From an uncultured Poribacteria bacterium (GTDB lineage Bacteria > Poribacteria > WGA-4E > WGA-3G): a stretch of 64,000 nt of DNA. A program made the position numbers and the translations under genes. Below the pieces are notes generated by a model. The model had not been told where the DNA came from and did not search any database. It worked only from the letters and a program-made list of their open reading frames with translations. Shown here in pieces: positions 10,746 to 21,614 of this stretch. Numbering within the stretch: position 1 is the stretch's first letter; each line of letters opens with the position of its first letter. The stretch spans positions 3,904,001 through 3,968,000 of the forward strand of contig OX638351.1 of the NCBI GenBank assembly GCA_951813565.1, read 5' to 3'.

Positions 10746-12842
10746 TTACCGCTTCTCGGTTCCTTCGAGAAGATTGAAACGTAGGTCACCATCGATTGAT
10801 AGGATGGTACAACTACACCAACCCCATCTTTTGTATTTTTCCTTTCCACGAGTATATATCACCTGAGTTAGTTGTTCATCAGTAACCTCGATTCTATAAG
10901 TCTTTGAAATTCTATCGCTTCCAGCAGGTATCTGCAATCGCTGTATCTTCCTTTCACCATTCGCAATTAGGTTTACCTCTAACGGTTCAGATTCACTTAA
11001 ACCAAAATAACATATTACCTCGTATGTTCCATTAGGAAGTGTGACACGAAAAACGCCATCTTCCTCTCCCAAAATGCTATCTCTGTGCATCTGTTGAACT
11101 CCAGATTCACTTTTATAGTCGTCCTTTTCTGACTGTGTTAGCCAACCGTATTGCCCATCGGTGAAAGCTGTATCCGTATACACAGGAATAAATCCGGGTG
11201 CTGTCTGCGCGTCACGGGGTTGCATGTCAAATGCTATTCCAACTGTGCCTTTCCACAGTTGGGCGTCCGGTAAGAAACGCTTGCGTCGATACAGACGATT
11301 GTAATCGTTGGAATCAACCAATTCGTATTCTTCTTCTAAACCTTCAACATCATCATATTCTGTCCGCCATACGATAATAAAGTCAGCAGGTAGATCTTTT
11401 TCCTTATACCGTAGAGGGAAATGGTCTGTATTTGCTTCATAGTTATTAAGATAGGCGATCCCCTTTTTCATTGCAAGTAGGCATTCAATGTGTCCGAAGG
11501 GTTCAACATACTCAGGTTCAAAACCGAGTGAGTCTGATAAACCATTCCATTCTCCGGGTATACTTTCGAGAATTGTATGTTTCTCATCCATTCCTTCCAA
11601 TGAAAGAGCGTTAGCAATGTCTCGATTCAACATCGTGTATGTATGAACATTATATCCGAGATGACATAAAGATAGCACAATGATGATCCCTGCTACCCCG
11701 TAGTTGACATACCGATGCAGGTTAATGGCAAAGAACGGAAACAATATCAGGAATATGTAAAGATGGAAACGATCATTTAACCAACCTCCGCTAAAGCCAG
11801 ACCACGGAGATATGAAATACATCGCTGTGACGAGGACTGCCATAATAAGAAATCCATCCGTTTGTGTTATAATACGAGTCCAGAGCCGTTCCTCAGATGT
11901 GTCTAATTCCCTTTGATAATCCCGGACTCTGTTAATAACTGTGAGCACAAAAGCGATACCGAAAAGTGTCAACAACATCCGTCCGATAAGCACATGATCG
12001 TCCCGAAAGGCAACTAACGATTTCATAGAGAAGAAGTAGTTTGTGAGCCATTCAAAACCTCTATGGTCTCCTTCATTCCCGTGTGTGTTAACAAGGTAAA
12101 GGTAGTAGGAAAACAGGATAAAGTAAGCAGGCAAAAGCGTAACGATAAAAATCAATTTAGGTTTGAGTTTCATCACCGCGTCCTTGAATAGACTTATCGG
12201 TGAGCGTGTTGTTTTCTTGTAACCCCATACCTCGTGTAATATCTCGTAAACCGATAAGAAAAACGCAAAGAACGTCAGTGATATAATAAGCAACGCATAG
12301 GAGTGGTAGTGGGTGAAGTATGTCGCCAACAGCAATATGTAGATGACCACAATGTTTGTCCACCGCAGTTTATCGTTGATTCTCCACCAGTACCCCATCG
12401 TAAAGAAAAACAGAGACATGCTGAGAACAAAATTGTAGAATCCCATGTGAAGTAGGTAGTTGTAGGCATAGATAAATCCAACTAATCCGAAAACTATATT
12501 TTTCTTCTGTACACCGTTCAAAAAATAAAAAAGAGACAACGGTAAAAGACCGATGCAGAGGGTAAGCACAATCTTTTCACAAATAAGAGGTGGAAAGATG
12601 TATAAAAGTAATAGCAGAAATGCGTGGGATGTCCAGTTAGGAAAAAGGGTAGGATTTAGTTCGTAGACTTCCCGTAATCGGTAGTTTTCGTGATTGTGGT
12701 ATTCCTTCAGAACATAAGCATTATAGATATGACTTGCTCCATCCTGAGTGGGAAAATACTTAAAACCCCAGACCGGCAGGAGATGTATTACCAACAACGC
12801 AATAACAGTAATATATCCAATAGATAATCGACTTTTTCTCAT
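10746..12842 (-). CDS. Polytopic membrane protein (GT-C-like) with C-terminal putative carbohydrate-binding beta-sandwich
   Basis: PTQDGASH after the first TM, MGFYNF, about 10 TM helices; C-terminal FDMQP..TAPGF..YGW..FRVTLPNGTYEV domain. Confidence 0.6.
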   Translation of the reverse strand: MRKSRLSIGYITVIALLVIHLLPVWGFKYFPTQDGASHIYNAYVLKEYHNHENYRLREVYELNPTLFPNWTSHAFLLLLLYIFPPLICEKIVLTLCIGLLPLSLFYFLNGVQKKNIVFGLVGFIYAYNYLLHMGFYNFVLSMSLFFFTMGYWWRINDKLRWTNIVVIYILLLATYFTHYHSYALLIISLTFFAFFLSVYEILHEVWGYKKTTRSPISLFKDAVMKLKPKLIFIVTLLPAYFILFSYYLYLVNTHGNEGDHRGFEWLTNYFFSMKSLVAFRDDHVLIGRMLLTLFGIAFVLTVINRVRDYQRELDTSEERLWTRIITQTDGFLIMAVLVTAMYFISPWSGFSGGWLNDRFHLYIFLILFPFFAINLHRYVNYGVAGIIIVLSLCHLGYNVHTYTMLNRDIANALSLEGMDEKHTILESIPGEWNGLSDSLGFEPEYVEPFGHIECLLAMKKGIAYLNNYEANTDHFPLRYKEKDLPADFIIVWRTEYDDVEGLEEEYELVDSNDYNRLYRRKRFLPDAQLWKGTVGIAFDMQPRDAQTAPGFIPVYTDTAFTDGQYGWLTQSEKDDYKSESGVQQMHRDSILGEEDGVFRVTLPNGTYEVICYFGLSESEPLEVNLIANGERKIQRLQIPAGSDRISKTYRIEVTDEQLTQVIYTRGKEKYKRWGWCSCTILSIDGDLRFNLLEGTEKR

Positions 12843-12958
12843 TATTCCTCTAAACTCACTAACGCGGGTTCTCTTATTACCTGTCTGAAATTCCACGAGC
12901 AATCAGAAAAGTACTACCACATTCGATTGAAAAAGTCAAGCACAGACTCTGATTTCTC

Positions 12959-12987
12959 TTGACTCATCCTGATAGAAACGGTATACT
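12959..12987 (+). promoter_or_regulatory. Sigma70-type promoter (divergent partner at about 12910-12939, minus)
   Basis: TTGACT-17 nt-TATACT. Confidence 0.6.
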
Positions 12988-13041
12988 CGCAAAGAATCAA
13001 ATGCTTTTCATGGGATTAAACTTACAGAAAGTAAATTTGGA

Positions 13042-13641
13042 GTGCCAGTGAATATTCCAAACATTTTTATTATCGGAGAAGATTCACAAGCAGGAACCTA
13101 TATTCTGCGAATTCGACTTAAAGAAGATACCGAATTACAATTTGGACGATTTAAGAAAGGCAAATTGATTCCACTCCCCGCTGGAGATTACACTTATGTA
13201 GGTTCCGCACTGTCGGAAAAAGGCGCAACTTCACTTGCTCGACGACTTGTTCGTCATGCCACACGCAGCGGCGATAAACCGCCACACACTATCAGAGATG
13301 ATATGCTAATGCAATTCCGGAAATGTGATTTGGGACCGCCCGACCCGTTACCAAAAAGCGGCAAAAAATTGTTTTGGAACATCGATTTTATGCTGGATTT
13401 AGAATCATCTGAGATAACCAACATTATAGCGATTCGTTCTCCTGAACGTTTAGAATCTACAATTGCCGAGTTACTTGAACACAATCCGGACACACAGATA
13501 ATTGAAAAAAGTTTAGGCGCGAATGATGCACCGCGTAATACCCATGTTTTACGCGTCAAGACAGATGATACGTGGTGGGCATCTATCGCTGAAAACATGC
13601 AAGAAAACTTCTTATATCATACAGACGATACTGAAATTTAA
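13042..13641 (+). CDS. DUF123 / GIY-YIG-like nuclease family protein
   Basis: GTYILRI...GDYTYVGSA...RRLVRH...KKLFWNIDF. Confidence 0.8.
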   Translation: MPVNIPNIFIIGEDSQAGTYILRIRLKEDTELQFGRFKKGKLIPLPAGDYTYVGSALSEKGATSLARRLVRHATRSGDKPPHTIRDDMLMQFRKCDLGPPDPLPKSGKKLFWNIDFMLDLESSEITNIIAIRSPERLESTIAELLEHNPDTQIIEKSLGANDAPRNTHVLRVKTDDTWWASIAENMQENFLYHTDDTEI

Positions 13642-13659
13642 AACCGTTTCAGAGGTAAT

Positions 13660-14775
13660 ATGCACGACCCAAGACTTGATAAACTCGCAAACGTACTTAC
13701 AACCCATTCCACCAAAGTCCAACCCGGTGAATTTGTCCTAATTGAAGCCATTGACATTCCGCAGGAAATGGTGATTGCACTTATCCGTGCTGTCCGAAAA
13801 GCAGGTGGAATTCCACTCGTTGAACTCAAGCAAAACCGCATTCAACGAGAAATCATTCTTGGTGGAGACGATGCTGGCATAAAACTGATTGGTGAATATG
13901 AAATATATCGGATAAAAAAGGTTCAGGCTTATATCGGCATACGGGGCAGCCATAACATTACCGAAATGTCTGATGTTCCATCGGAGGCGATGCAGCGCTA
14001 TCAAAAGTATTGGCTACGTCCGCTCAATGATATCCGTGTGCCACGTACAAAATGGGTTGTGTTACGATGGCCCCTACCAGCAATGGCACAGCAGGCAAAG
14101 ATGAGCACAGAGGCGTTTGAGGATTACTATTTTGACGTTTGCACACTTGACTATAGCCGAATGGAACGCGCGATGGGACCCCTCAAGTCCCTGATGGAGG
14201 AAACGGATGAAGTTCACATCGTAGGTGCAGGCACCGATCTTCGGTTCAGCATTAAGGACATTCCTGTCATTCCGTGCACAGGCGAGTGTAACATCCCTGA
14301 TGGCGAGTGCTTCACTGCACCTGTCCGCGATTCTGTCAACGGCACTATCCATTTCAATACGCCCACAATCTATCAGGGAACAACATTTACTGACATTCGA
14401 CTCCGCTTTGAAAATGGTAAAATCGTTGAAGCATCTGCAAATTATACCGAAAAGTTGAATGCTATTCTTGATACAGACGAAGGCGCACGTTATATCGGAG
14501 AGTTTGCTATCGCGTTCAATCCATACATTACAAACCCGATGCTTGATATCTTATTTGATGAAAAAATCGCTGGCTCGTTTCATTTTACACCCGGACAGGC
14601 TTATGAAGAAGCAGATAACGGTGTTAGGTCAGCTGTCCATTGGGATATGGTGATGATTCAAACACCAGAATACGGCGGCGGTGAAATGTATTTTGATGGA
14701 AAACTTATTCGGAAAGATGGACGGTTTGTTCACCCAGAATTGGATGCATTAAATCCGGAAAATCTAATCAGTTAA
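13660..14775 (+). CDS. Aminopeptidase, peptidase M29 (AmpS/PepS) family
   Basis: [47 protein letters not shown]. Confidence 0.93.
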   Translation: MHDPRLDKLANVLTTHSTKVQPGEFVLIEAIDIPQEMVIALIRAVRKAGGIPLVELKQNRIQREIILGGDDAGIKLIGEYEIYRIKKVQAYIGIRGSHNITEMSDVPSEAMQRYQKYWLRPLNDIRVPRTKWVVLRWPLPAMAQQAKMSTEAFEDYYFDVCTLDYSRMERAMGPLKSLMEETDEVHIVGAGTDLRFSIKDIPVIPCTGECNIPDGECFTAPVRDSVNGTIHFNTPTIYQGTTFTDIRLRFENGKIVEASANYTEKLNAILDTDEGARYIGEFAIAFNPYITNPMLDILFDEKIAGSFHFTPGQAYEEADNGVRSAVHWDMVMIQTPEYGGGEMYFDGKLIRKDGRFVHPELDALNPENLIS

Positions 14776-14790
14776 TAAAGAGGAAAAAAT

Positions 14791-16227
14791 ATGTCACAAT
14801 CTCCTAATATTTTATTTTTACTCACCGATCAGCAACGTTTTGATTCATTAGGCTGCAACGGTGCCACTGTTTGTCAAACACCTGTGGTAGACCATATCGC
14901 TGCAACCGGGATGCGTTTCACAAAAGCGTATACACCAATAGCACTCTGTTCCCCCGCACGCGGGTCTTTACTCACTGGACTCTATCCCCATAATCATGGG
15001 CAACTCTCAAACATGGGTAATTTCAACGCGGTATTTTCAGATCAGATTCTCGACAAACCTGCATATCCACAATTACTTAAAGCTGCTGGATACAACGTGG
15101 CGTGTGTCGGAAAATGGCATCTGGCAAAACAAGGCGATACTGAGTTTTGGGGATACGACAAGTGGCATCCGTATAGTGAATGGCATCAGTGGCTTCGTGA
15201 TGATGGGATTGATTTTAGGATTGACCGAGACGCTGTGCAACCTTATGAATGGGGTGGAGAGGCACCTTTCTACGGCAGACTTCCGCTTCCTGTTGAGCGA
15301 ACGATGGAGGCATGGACAGCAGATAAAACCATTGAATTAATCAACGGCTATACTAATTCTGAGCAACCTTTTATGATTGCCGCTAATTTCTTCGGACCGC
15401 ATTTCCCGTATGCTGTTCCTGCACCTTACGATATGATGTACGACCCAGATTCTGTTGAACGATGGGGCAATTTTGACGAACAGTTCATCAACAAACCACT
15501 TATCCAACAGAAAGAGATGCTCCGATGGAACGCGAGTCATTTGACTTGGCCCGACTGGCAGAAAGTCATCGCAGCGTATTGGGGTTTTTGCACCTTCATT
15601 GATGACCAAGTTCTACGGATTTTCAATTGTCTTGAAGAAAAAGGTTTAGCAGAAAACACTATCGTCATCTTTTCAACTGACCACGGTGACATGCTCGGTA
15701 GCCATCGACTTTTCAACAAAGGATTTCACATGTATGAAGAGACACATCACATTCCACTTGTGGTCCGATGGCCAGGGGTGACATCACCAGGAACGACTTG
15801 TCATGAATTTGTTAACCTTGTTGACCTTATGCCGACATTTTTGGAAATCGGTGGTGCAGCAATGCCTAATAATCTTGATGGAAGGTCTATCGTACCGCTA
15901 CTCAGAGGCGAAACCGTAACGGATTGGCCGGATGACGTATTCGCTGAATTTCATGGATACGAACCAACACTTGCCACTGTACGGATGGTGCGTACCGATT
16001 CGTGGAAATACGTCTACAATCCATACAGTGAAGATGAACTTTACGATATGCAGAGCGACCCCCATGAACTTCACAATCTCGCAACACATCTCGGATACAA
16101 GCACGTATTGCGCCGCATGAAAGACCGTATGGTCAAACGGCTGCGCGAAACGAAAGATAATATCGTCACGGAAGGTGGGTGGCAGAGCAATTCGTTTGAT
16201 CTGTTAATCTCTGATCGGGAAAGATAG
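14791..16227 (+). CDS. Sulfatase (formylglycine-dependent)
   Basis: PNILFLLTDQQR, CSPARGSLLTG, GKWHL, STDHGDMLG. Confidence 0.95.
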   Translation: MSQSPNILFLLTDQQRFDSLGCNGATVCQTPVVDHIAATGMRFTKAYTPIALCSPARGSLLTGLYPHNHGQLSNMGNFNAVFSDQILDKPAYPQLLKAAGYNVACVGKWHLAKQGDTEFWGYDKWHPYSEWHQWLRDDGIDFRIDRDAVQPYEWGGEAPFYGRLPLPVERTMEAWTADKTIELINGYTNSEQPFMIAANFFGPHFPYAVPAPYDMMYDPDSVERWGNFDEQFINKPLIQQKEMLRWNASHLTWPDWQKVIAAYWGFCTFIDDQVLRIFNCLEEKGLAENTIVIFSTDHGDMLGSHRLFNKGFHMYEETHHIPLVVRWPGVTSPGTTCHEFVNLVDLMPTFLEIGGAAMPNNLDGRSIVPLLRGETVTDWPDDVFAEFHGYEPTLATVRMVRTDSWKYVYNPYSEDELYDMQSDPHELHNLATHLGYKHVLRRMKDRMVKRLRETKDNIVTEGGWQSNSFDLLISDRER

Positions 16228-16233
16228 CTATGT

Positions 16234-16655
16234 TACAGTGAAATCTAAAATTAACGACTTGTGCTAGTTAACTGTTTATTTTTGTTGTTTTCACACATAT
16301 TGGGTTTTTTTCTATAAACATATCGTCCCTACCAAATCAACGCCAAATGCGCTTATGGCATTTGGCGGGACTGAAGAGCATATCAACCAGTAGGAAACAC
16401 GGACAAAACGTTCTGCTTATGTGAAATAGTATGTTGCAAAAAGTTATTTAGCACAACTCGTAAAATTACTTGGACAATTCTTTATAGGTTTGCTGCGTTT
16501 GTAGTCGCGCAATTCATTGCGCCTCTTCCTGTAGGAGCGACCCGCCAAATGCCAAAAGCGCATTTGGCGTTGATTCGCAGGTCGCGACTTTAAAACTGTA
16601 GAACACTTTGTCCGTGCCGAGTGACAATGTCCAGTTAATTCTAAAATCCACTATA
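16234..16655. mobile_element. Composite MITE (outer TATAGTGG-type TIRs) with inner MITE, REPs and two 34-nt micro-elements
   Basis: Outer ends TACAGTGAAATCTAAAATTA..CTTGGACA and TGTCCAGTTAATTCTAAAATCCACTATA; inner element 16254-16461 with ACGACTTGTGCTA/TAGCACAACTCGT ends and AAAATTA duplication. Confidence 0.7.
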
Positions 16656-16692
16656 AATGCCTCACAAAATAAGCGGTTGATTCCTTATTTGA

Positions 16693-17466
16693 ATGAAGCA
16701 GGAGTTCAAATCAATGCCACAACAAGATGCAATAGAACATCTTGAAACATTTGGCTATTGCCTAATTGAGGATGCGATCCCTATAGAAAAAGCAGATGCA
16801 ATGGCGGAGAAATACTTCAAACTTCACCAAAATCCAGCGAATTGTGAAACTTTTCAAGACCCCAACGCTGATTTGTATGAAACCCTTTTCGGAGTGGTCA
16901 ATCTTGATGAGATGTGTTGGGAATGCATCGCACATCCGCAAGTGCTGCAAGTCGTCCGCCATTTTCTCGGCGATAGCGCGCGGTTGGGGGAGGCATGCAC
17001 AAAGTGGGTCAAACCACGTGCACCACAAGGTGGTATACACTCCGATTCTACACACGACTTGCCATCGCGCTTGCCCGAAACACCGTGGATGATTAATTCA
17101 ATCTGGATGATAACAGATTTCACAGTTGAGAATGGAGCGACGCTTGTCGTGCCGTTTAGCCATCGCGCCCGGCGTAGACCAACGCAATCCGATATTACAG
17201 AAAGTCATCCGGTGTCCGTCTGTGGAAAACGGGGTTCGGTACTATTGTGGCACGGTGGAACATGGCACGGACAGGGCGCGAACACAACCGACAACCAACA
17301 TCGCATGGCGTTGAACATCGCTTATTATCCTGCTTGGTGGAATCTAATGCGGGAAGGTGGACACCAACCTGTTTTTCCAGAAACTTTTGCGCGAATGCCA
17401 GAAGACCTACAAGCACTTGTCCGACATAAGGTTGCGAAACGGCGTGAGGATATTTATGAGTTTTAA
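16693..17466 (+). CDS. Phytanoyl-CoA dioxygenase (PhyH) family protein
   Basis: HxD (IHSD), NSIWMITDFTVENGATLVVPFSH, TWHG, R..L motifs. Confidence 0.92.
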   Translation: MKQEFKSMPQQDAIEHLETFGYCLIEDAIPIEKADAMAEKYFKLHQNPANCETFQDPNADLYETLFGVVNLDEMCWECIAHPQVLQVVRHFLGDSARLGEACTKWVKPRAPQGGIHSDSTHDLPSRLPETPWMINSIWMITDFTVENGATLVVPFSHRARRRPTQSDITESHPVSVCGKRGSVLLWHGGTWHGQGANTTDNQHRMALNIAYYPAWWNLMREGGHQPVFPETFARMPEDLQALVRHKVAKRREDIYEF

Positions 17467-17484
17467 TCTGACCAAGTACTCCCG

Positions 17485-17949
17485 TTATTGTTGTGCCGCA
17501 GTCCTGAGAACTGCCTTAGTAGTGTCCGAGATGTTAAGCGTTCTGAACACTGCATCGAACAACCCAACCAAATAATATGCCTGATGTTCGGTAGGACTGA
17601 GTTTGATTTCGCTTTCCTCTACCTCAACAAGAAAGTTGAAATGCCTTGATCTTTCGCCGGAACTGGATGTATGATCAAAAGAACCGAGATATTTCAGGAC
17701 AGATTTCACAATAAGTCCTGTTTCTTCTTGGACTTCTCGAGCGAGTGCTGTAAGTAGGTCTTCCCCCGCCTCCACGGTACCGCTTGGTATTTCAACAGAT
17801 CCACCCATGAAGTCAGATAGAACTCGTTCCAGGAGCAAGAATTTGTTATTCTTATAGATTACCGCACCCACAACCAGTTTTTGCACGCCATCTTTTTGAG
17901 AACTTGCGAGCAACTGCTGAATAATAGCGTGTTCAATGTTTGACTGCAT
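17485..17949 (-). CDS. NUDIX hydrolase
   Basis: Nudix box GTVEAGEDLLTALAREVQEETGL. Confidence 0.92.
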   Translation of the reverse strand: MQSNIEHAIIQQLLASSQKDGVQKLVVGAVIYKNNKFLLLERVLSDFMGGSVEIPSGTVEAGEDLLTALAREVQEETGLIVKSVLKYLGSFDHTSSSGERSRHFNFLVEVEESEIKLSPTEHQAYYLVGLFDAVFRTLNISDTTKAVLRTAAQQ

Positions 17950-17958
17950 ATTATGGTT

Positions 17959-18798
17959 CTATACCTTCACCACAAACTCACATCCCTGCTGGAACCACTC
18001 CCTGAGTATCGTATCCTCATTGTAAGTCCGTTTCGCCTGTGAACCTGTTGCTTGTGAGAGGTCAATTGTAGCAGAAACGATTTCATCACCGAAAAATCCT
18101 GCTTCTTTGATAACATTCCCGTTCGGATGAATTATTTTGGAGTTGCCATGTGACGACCCTGCTGCTCTTATATCATTTGGATTTGCTGGTGTGTTAGCCA
18201 TCACGAGATAAATCCCATTTTCTGTTGCACGCGAAATCGGCATAGCACGATACGCAGAGAGTTTATATTCCGACAACAATCCCGATTCACACGAGCAGAA
18301 AATACAGATTTGCGCGCCCATTGCCGCAGGTAATTTTACTAATTCTGGGTAACGAACATCATGACAAATGATGAAACAACAATCAACATCTGCCAACTGG
18401 ACAATCGGTAGTTTACCACGATTATTTGTACACCACTTCTCTCCAGCAAGGAATGTTTTCCCGTACCGGTATTTAAGGCTGCCTTGTTGATCGAATATCG
18501 CTAAGTCGTTGTGCCAATTCTCGCCATCGTGATGCACAGAACCGACAATGACTGCTATCTTGTAGCGGCGCGCAGCCTCTGCAATCTTCGCCTCTGCTTC
18601 TTTAAATACTTGTGGCGATATCTGTTTCCAATAAGCAGTATCACAGCAATAACCGAATAAACACCCTTCAGGAAATGCCGCAATCTGTATCTCCAGTTCT
18701 GCACACACTTCTATTTGTTGGAGCACTTTTGCGGTGCTGGCAGAGACATCTTTACTTGTAAGCAACTGACATGCTGCAATTTTAATATTATTCGCCAT
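17959..18798 (-). CDS. Carbon-nitrogen hydrolase (nitrilase superfamily)
   Basis: FPE, YGK, ICHDVRYPE triad; RATEN; GNSKIIHPNG. Confidence 0.92.
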   Translation of the reverse strand: MANNIKIAACQLLTSKDVSASTAKVLQQIEVCAELEIQIAAFPEGCLFGYCCDTAYWKQISPQVFKEAEAKIAEAARRYKIAVIVGSVHHDGENWHNDLAIFDQQGSLKYRYGKTFLAGEKWCTNNRGKLPIVQLADVDCCFIICHDVRYPELVKLPAAMGAQICIFCSCESGLLSEYKLSAYRAMPISRATENGIYLVMANTPANPNDIRAAGSSHGNSKIIHPNGNVIKEAGFFGDEIVSATIDLSQATGSQAKRTYNEDTILREWFQQGCEFVVKV

Positions 18799-18854
18799 TT
18801 AACTACTTCTCCTATGTTGTTTCAGTTGCTTACAATGTCCTGTGTTAATTACTC

Positions 18855-19187
18855 CTACTCTACAGCGTACCCCGTGTATTGTCGAATATCTGGCGAACGG
18901 AACCCTAAGACAATATGTTCTTTCGGAATACCAAATCGCTCTAATTCAGGTGCTATACCTTCAGTATTATCTTGTTGTATCCACAACTTTCCATCTATTA
19001 TATCAATCCGGACAACACAAGCATGAATCCGTTTGTGTTTCTGATACCCTCTTGTGATCCACAGATAGCGATCAGAATCTTTGTCAACGATAATTTCGTC
19101 GGTTAAATCACTGTGAGCGGGAGGCACCTCTGTATATTCACGAAAGACTTGCAATATAATCTCTCGATATTTTTTTATTCGTTCCAT
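18855..19187 (-). CDS. xisI: XisI family protein
   Basis: DRYL...RIHACVVRIDIIDGKLWIQQDNTEGIAPELERFGIPKEHIVLGF. Confidence 0.92.
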   Translation of the reverse strand: MERIKKYREIILQVFREYTEVPPAHSDLTDEIIVDKDSDRYLWITRGYQKHKRIHACVVRIDIIDGKLWIQQDNTEGIAPELERFGIPKEHIVLGFRSPDIRQYTGYAVE

Positions 19188-19592
19188 TTGATAATTTCCT
19201 CCTCAGTTTTACTGAAGACAACCAATTTCAGATGATTTTTGCGGATTAGCATTTGTCCCAGAGAATCCTCAAAAACGGTTGCAAATACTTCTTCATGGAC
19301 AGCAAGATATAATGTCCGATCTGGTTCAAGTTCTTCAATAATATTTCAATAGAGGATATATTGACCTAAAGCATTTTCAAGGTCTGCAAGATTGGAGTGG
19401 CTTGTAAAACTTTTGACTTCAACTGCGATTTTTCTATTTTCTTTTTCTGCTGTCAAAAGTTGTTCTGCACCCAGATCCACATATAGGTGATCAGTACCCC
19501 ATTTCAAACGTAGAGGGTCATGTGTTATTATCCAACCGTCCTTAAACAAGGGCATTCTTCACATTGTCGTGATAAATGTCTTTAGCTGGCAT
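19175..19592 (-). pseudogene. xisH: XisH family protein with frameshift and internal stop
   Basis: MPAKDIYHDNVKN, then +1 shift to KDGWIITHDPL...IAVEVKSF...ALGQYILY, TGA, then ...EPDRTLYLAV...IIKW; overlaps xisI. Confidence 0.9.
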
Positions 19593-19937
19593 GCGTTGTT
19601 TTTCTCCGACAGACCTAACGTTCCCAAATCCCTCGTAGAATGATAGTAAGTGGATTCCTTTAATATTCAATAATCTATTTTATCACGGTTTACCCAATCT
19701 GTCTACAATATATTTCGAGACAGTTTGAAAATACTAAATAACTATTGCAATTCAGGATTTAGGTAACGTATAATATATAGTATATCAAAATAGGTTGCGC
19801 TTGACACCTACTTCTGATATACTATACAGCAAGTGCATTCTTTTATCCAAACATGATTCAAGAACACTACCTTGCAGAGCATATAAGGGAAATTGATAAT
19901 CCCAAATTACTATTACGAAATTACGAGGAAAAATCGA

Positions 19938-20555
19938 TTGGCAGAACAGAAAGCAACTAATATTACGTGGCATGAAACAACTGTCACAAAGCAAGATAGG
20001 GAACAACTACTCAACCAAAAAGGTTGTGTCGTATGGTTTACCGGACTCTCAGGTTCAGGAAAATCAACATTAGCCAATGCAGTGGCACACTTATTACACG
20101 AGCGAAAACATCATACCTATGTCTTAGATGGTGATAATGTCCGACATGGGTTAAACAAAAATTTAGGTTTCTCACCCGAAGACCGCGAGGAAAATATTCG
20201 CCGAGTCGGTGAAGTAGCGAAACTTTTTGTGGATGCGGGTACTATCGTCATGACAGCGTTTATCTCGCCATACCGCGCTGACCGGGACCAAGCAAGAGAC
20301 CTCATAGCTGAAAACAGATTCGTTGAAGTATTTGTTGAATGCCCACTTGACGTATGTGAAGAACGCGACCCGAAAGGTCTATACAAAAAAGCGCGTGCCG
20401 GAGAAATTAAGGAATTTACAGGTATCAGTGCTCCTTATGAAGCACCTCACGAACCAGAGGTTATTGTCAATACAGCGGAACTATCTATTATTGAATCCGC
20501 AGAGAAGGTAGTAGCGTTTCTTGAAAAAACTGCTTTTGTCCCACCTGAAAAATAA
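19938..20555 (+). CDS. cysC: Adenylyl-sulfate kinase
   Basis: [50 protein letters not shown] start after GAGG. Confidence 0.96.
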   Translation: MAEQKATNITWHETTVTKQDREQLLNQKGCVVWFTGLSGSGKSTLANAVAHLLHERKHHTYVLDGDNVRHGLNKNLGFSPEDREENIRRVGEVAKLFVDAGTIVMTAFISPYRADRDQARDLIAENRFVEVFVECPLDVCEERDPKGLYKKARAGEIKEFTGISAPYEAPHEPEVIVNTAELSIIESAEKVVAFLEKTAFVPPEK

Positions 20556-20650
20556 TACTGCGTAAATCTTATGAAGTTCATTTGATGTAATGATGCGTAA
20601 ATTTTTCAACATAATGTGTCGTGGTAAACAGCAGGAAATTTTGGAGAATT

Positions 20651-21604
20651 ATGAAACTAATCCAATTTCACTTACCTAATTTAGGTAAGCGAGTCGGGAT
20701 TGTCACCCGTGAACACGAAGTTATTGATGTAACCAGTGATGAATCACCAGGTGTTTTAGAAATTCTTGAGCTTGCCCATAAAGAACGGGTGACGCTGGGC
20801 GTTCTTTTGGCGGATATCCAAGAACAAGTTTCGGCACCACCACCGATGCGATTCACAGCATTCCAAGACCCTGAGTCAGTTCCACAAGAAGAAAACGGGC
20901 TAACCTTAGAGAAATTGGACGTTTCGCCAGATGAAAAAATACCACATCTATTGGTCCCAATAGACGCACCTGAAGTATGGGGGTGCGGTGTTACCTACAA
21001 GCGAAGCGCGGATATGCGCGATGATGATACGCAACAAGACATCTACAGTCGTGTTTATCATGCAGATAGACCTGAAATATTTTTTAAAGCGACACCATCA
21101 CGTTGTGTCGGATCGAACGATTTTATCGGGATTCGTAGCGACTCTATTTTAACCGCAACCGAACCTGAACTCGCTTATGTTCTGGGGGCAGAGGGTGAAA
21201 TCCTCGGATATACGCTTTGTAACGATGTTTCTGCTTGGGATATTGAGCGCGATAACCCGTTGTATCTGCCACAATCAAAGGTATTTTATGGATGCTGCGC
21301 GCTCGGACCTATGTTTATTACGACTTCTGAAGTTGATGATCCGTATAATCTGGAGATGAAATGCACTATCCTTCGTGATGAAAAAGAAATTTATGAGGGA
21401 AAAGTAAATACCTCTCAAATTAATTGGAAGTTTGAACAACTTACTGAATTTTTGATGCGGGATAACCCGATCCCTTTTGGTACTGTCGTTTCTACTGGCA
21501 CAGGGATAATTGTCCCAAACGATTTACCGCTTGCGCCGGACGATATTGTCCAGATAGAAGTTGAAGGTTTCGGAACACTTTCAAATCCTGTGAAACAACT
21601 GTAA
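20651..21604 (+). CDS. Fumarylacetoacetate hydrolase family protein (keto-deoxy-pentonate dehydratase-like)
   Basis: EVWGCGVTY, RPEIFFK, EPEL, NDVSAWDIERDNPLYLPQSK, TGTG. Confidence 0.88.
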   Translation: MKLIQFHLPNLGKRVGIVTREHEVIDVTSDESPGVLEILELAHKERVTLGVLLADIQEQVSAPPPMRFTAFQDPESVPQEENGLTLEKLDVSPDEKIPHLLVPIDAPEVWGCGVTYKRSADMRDDDTQQDIYSRVYHADRPEIFFKATPSRCVGSNDFIGIRSDSILTATEPELAYVLGAEGEILGYTLCNDVSAWDIERDNPLYLPQSKVFYGCCALGPMFITTSEVDDPYNLEMKCTILRDEKEIYEGKVNTSQINWKFEQLTEFLMRDNPIPFGTVVSTGTGIIVPNDLPLAPDDIVQIEVEGFGTLSNPVKQL

Positions 21605-21614
21605 GAGGTGTCGT

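Noticed and set aside
13042..13641. DUF123 nuclease as mobiliser of the micro-elements or as a defence gene
   Set aside because: Not flanked by the repeats and sits in an operon with an aminopeptidase and a sulfatase; no supporting evidence
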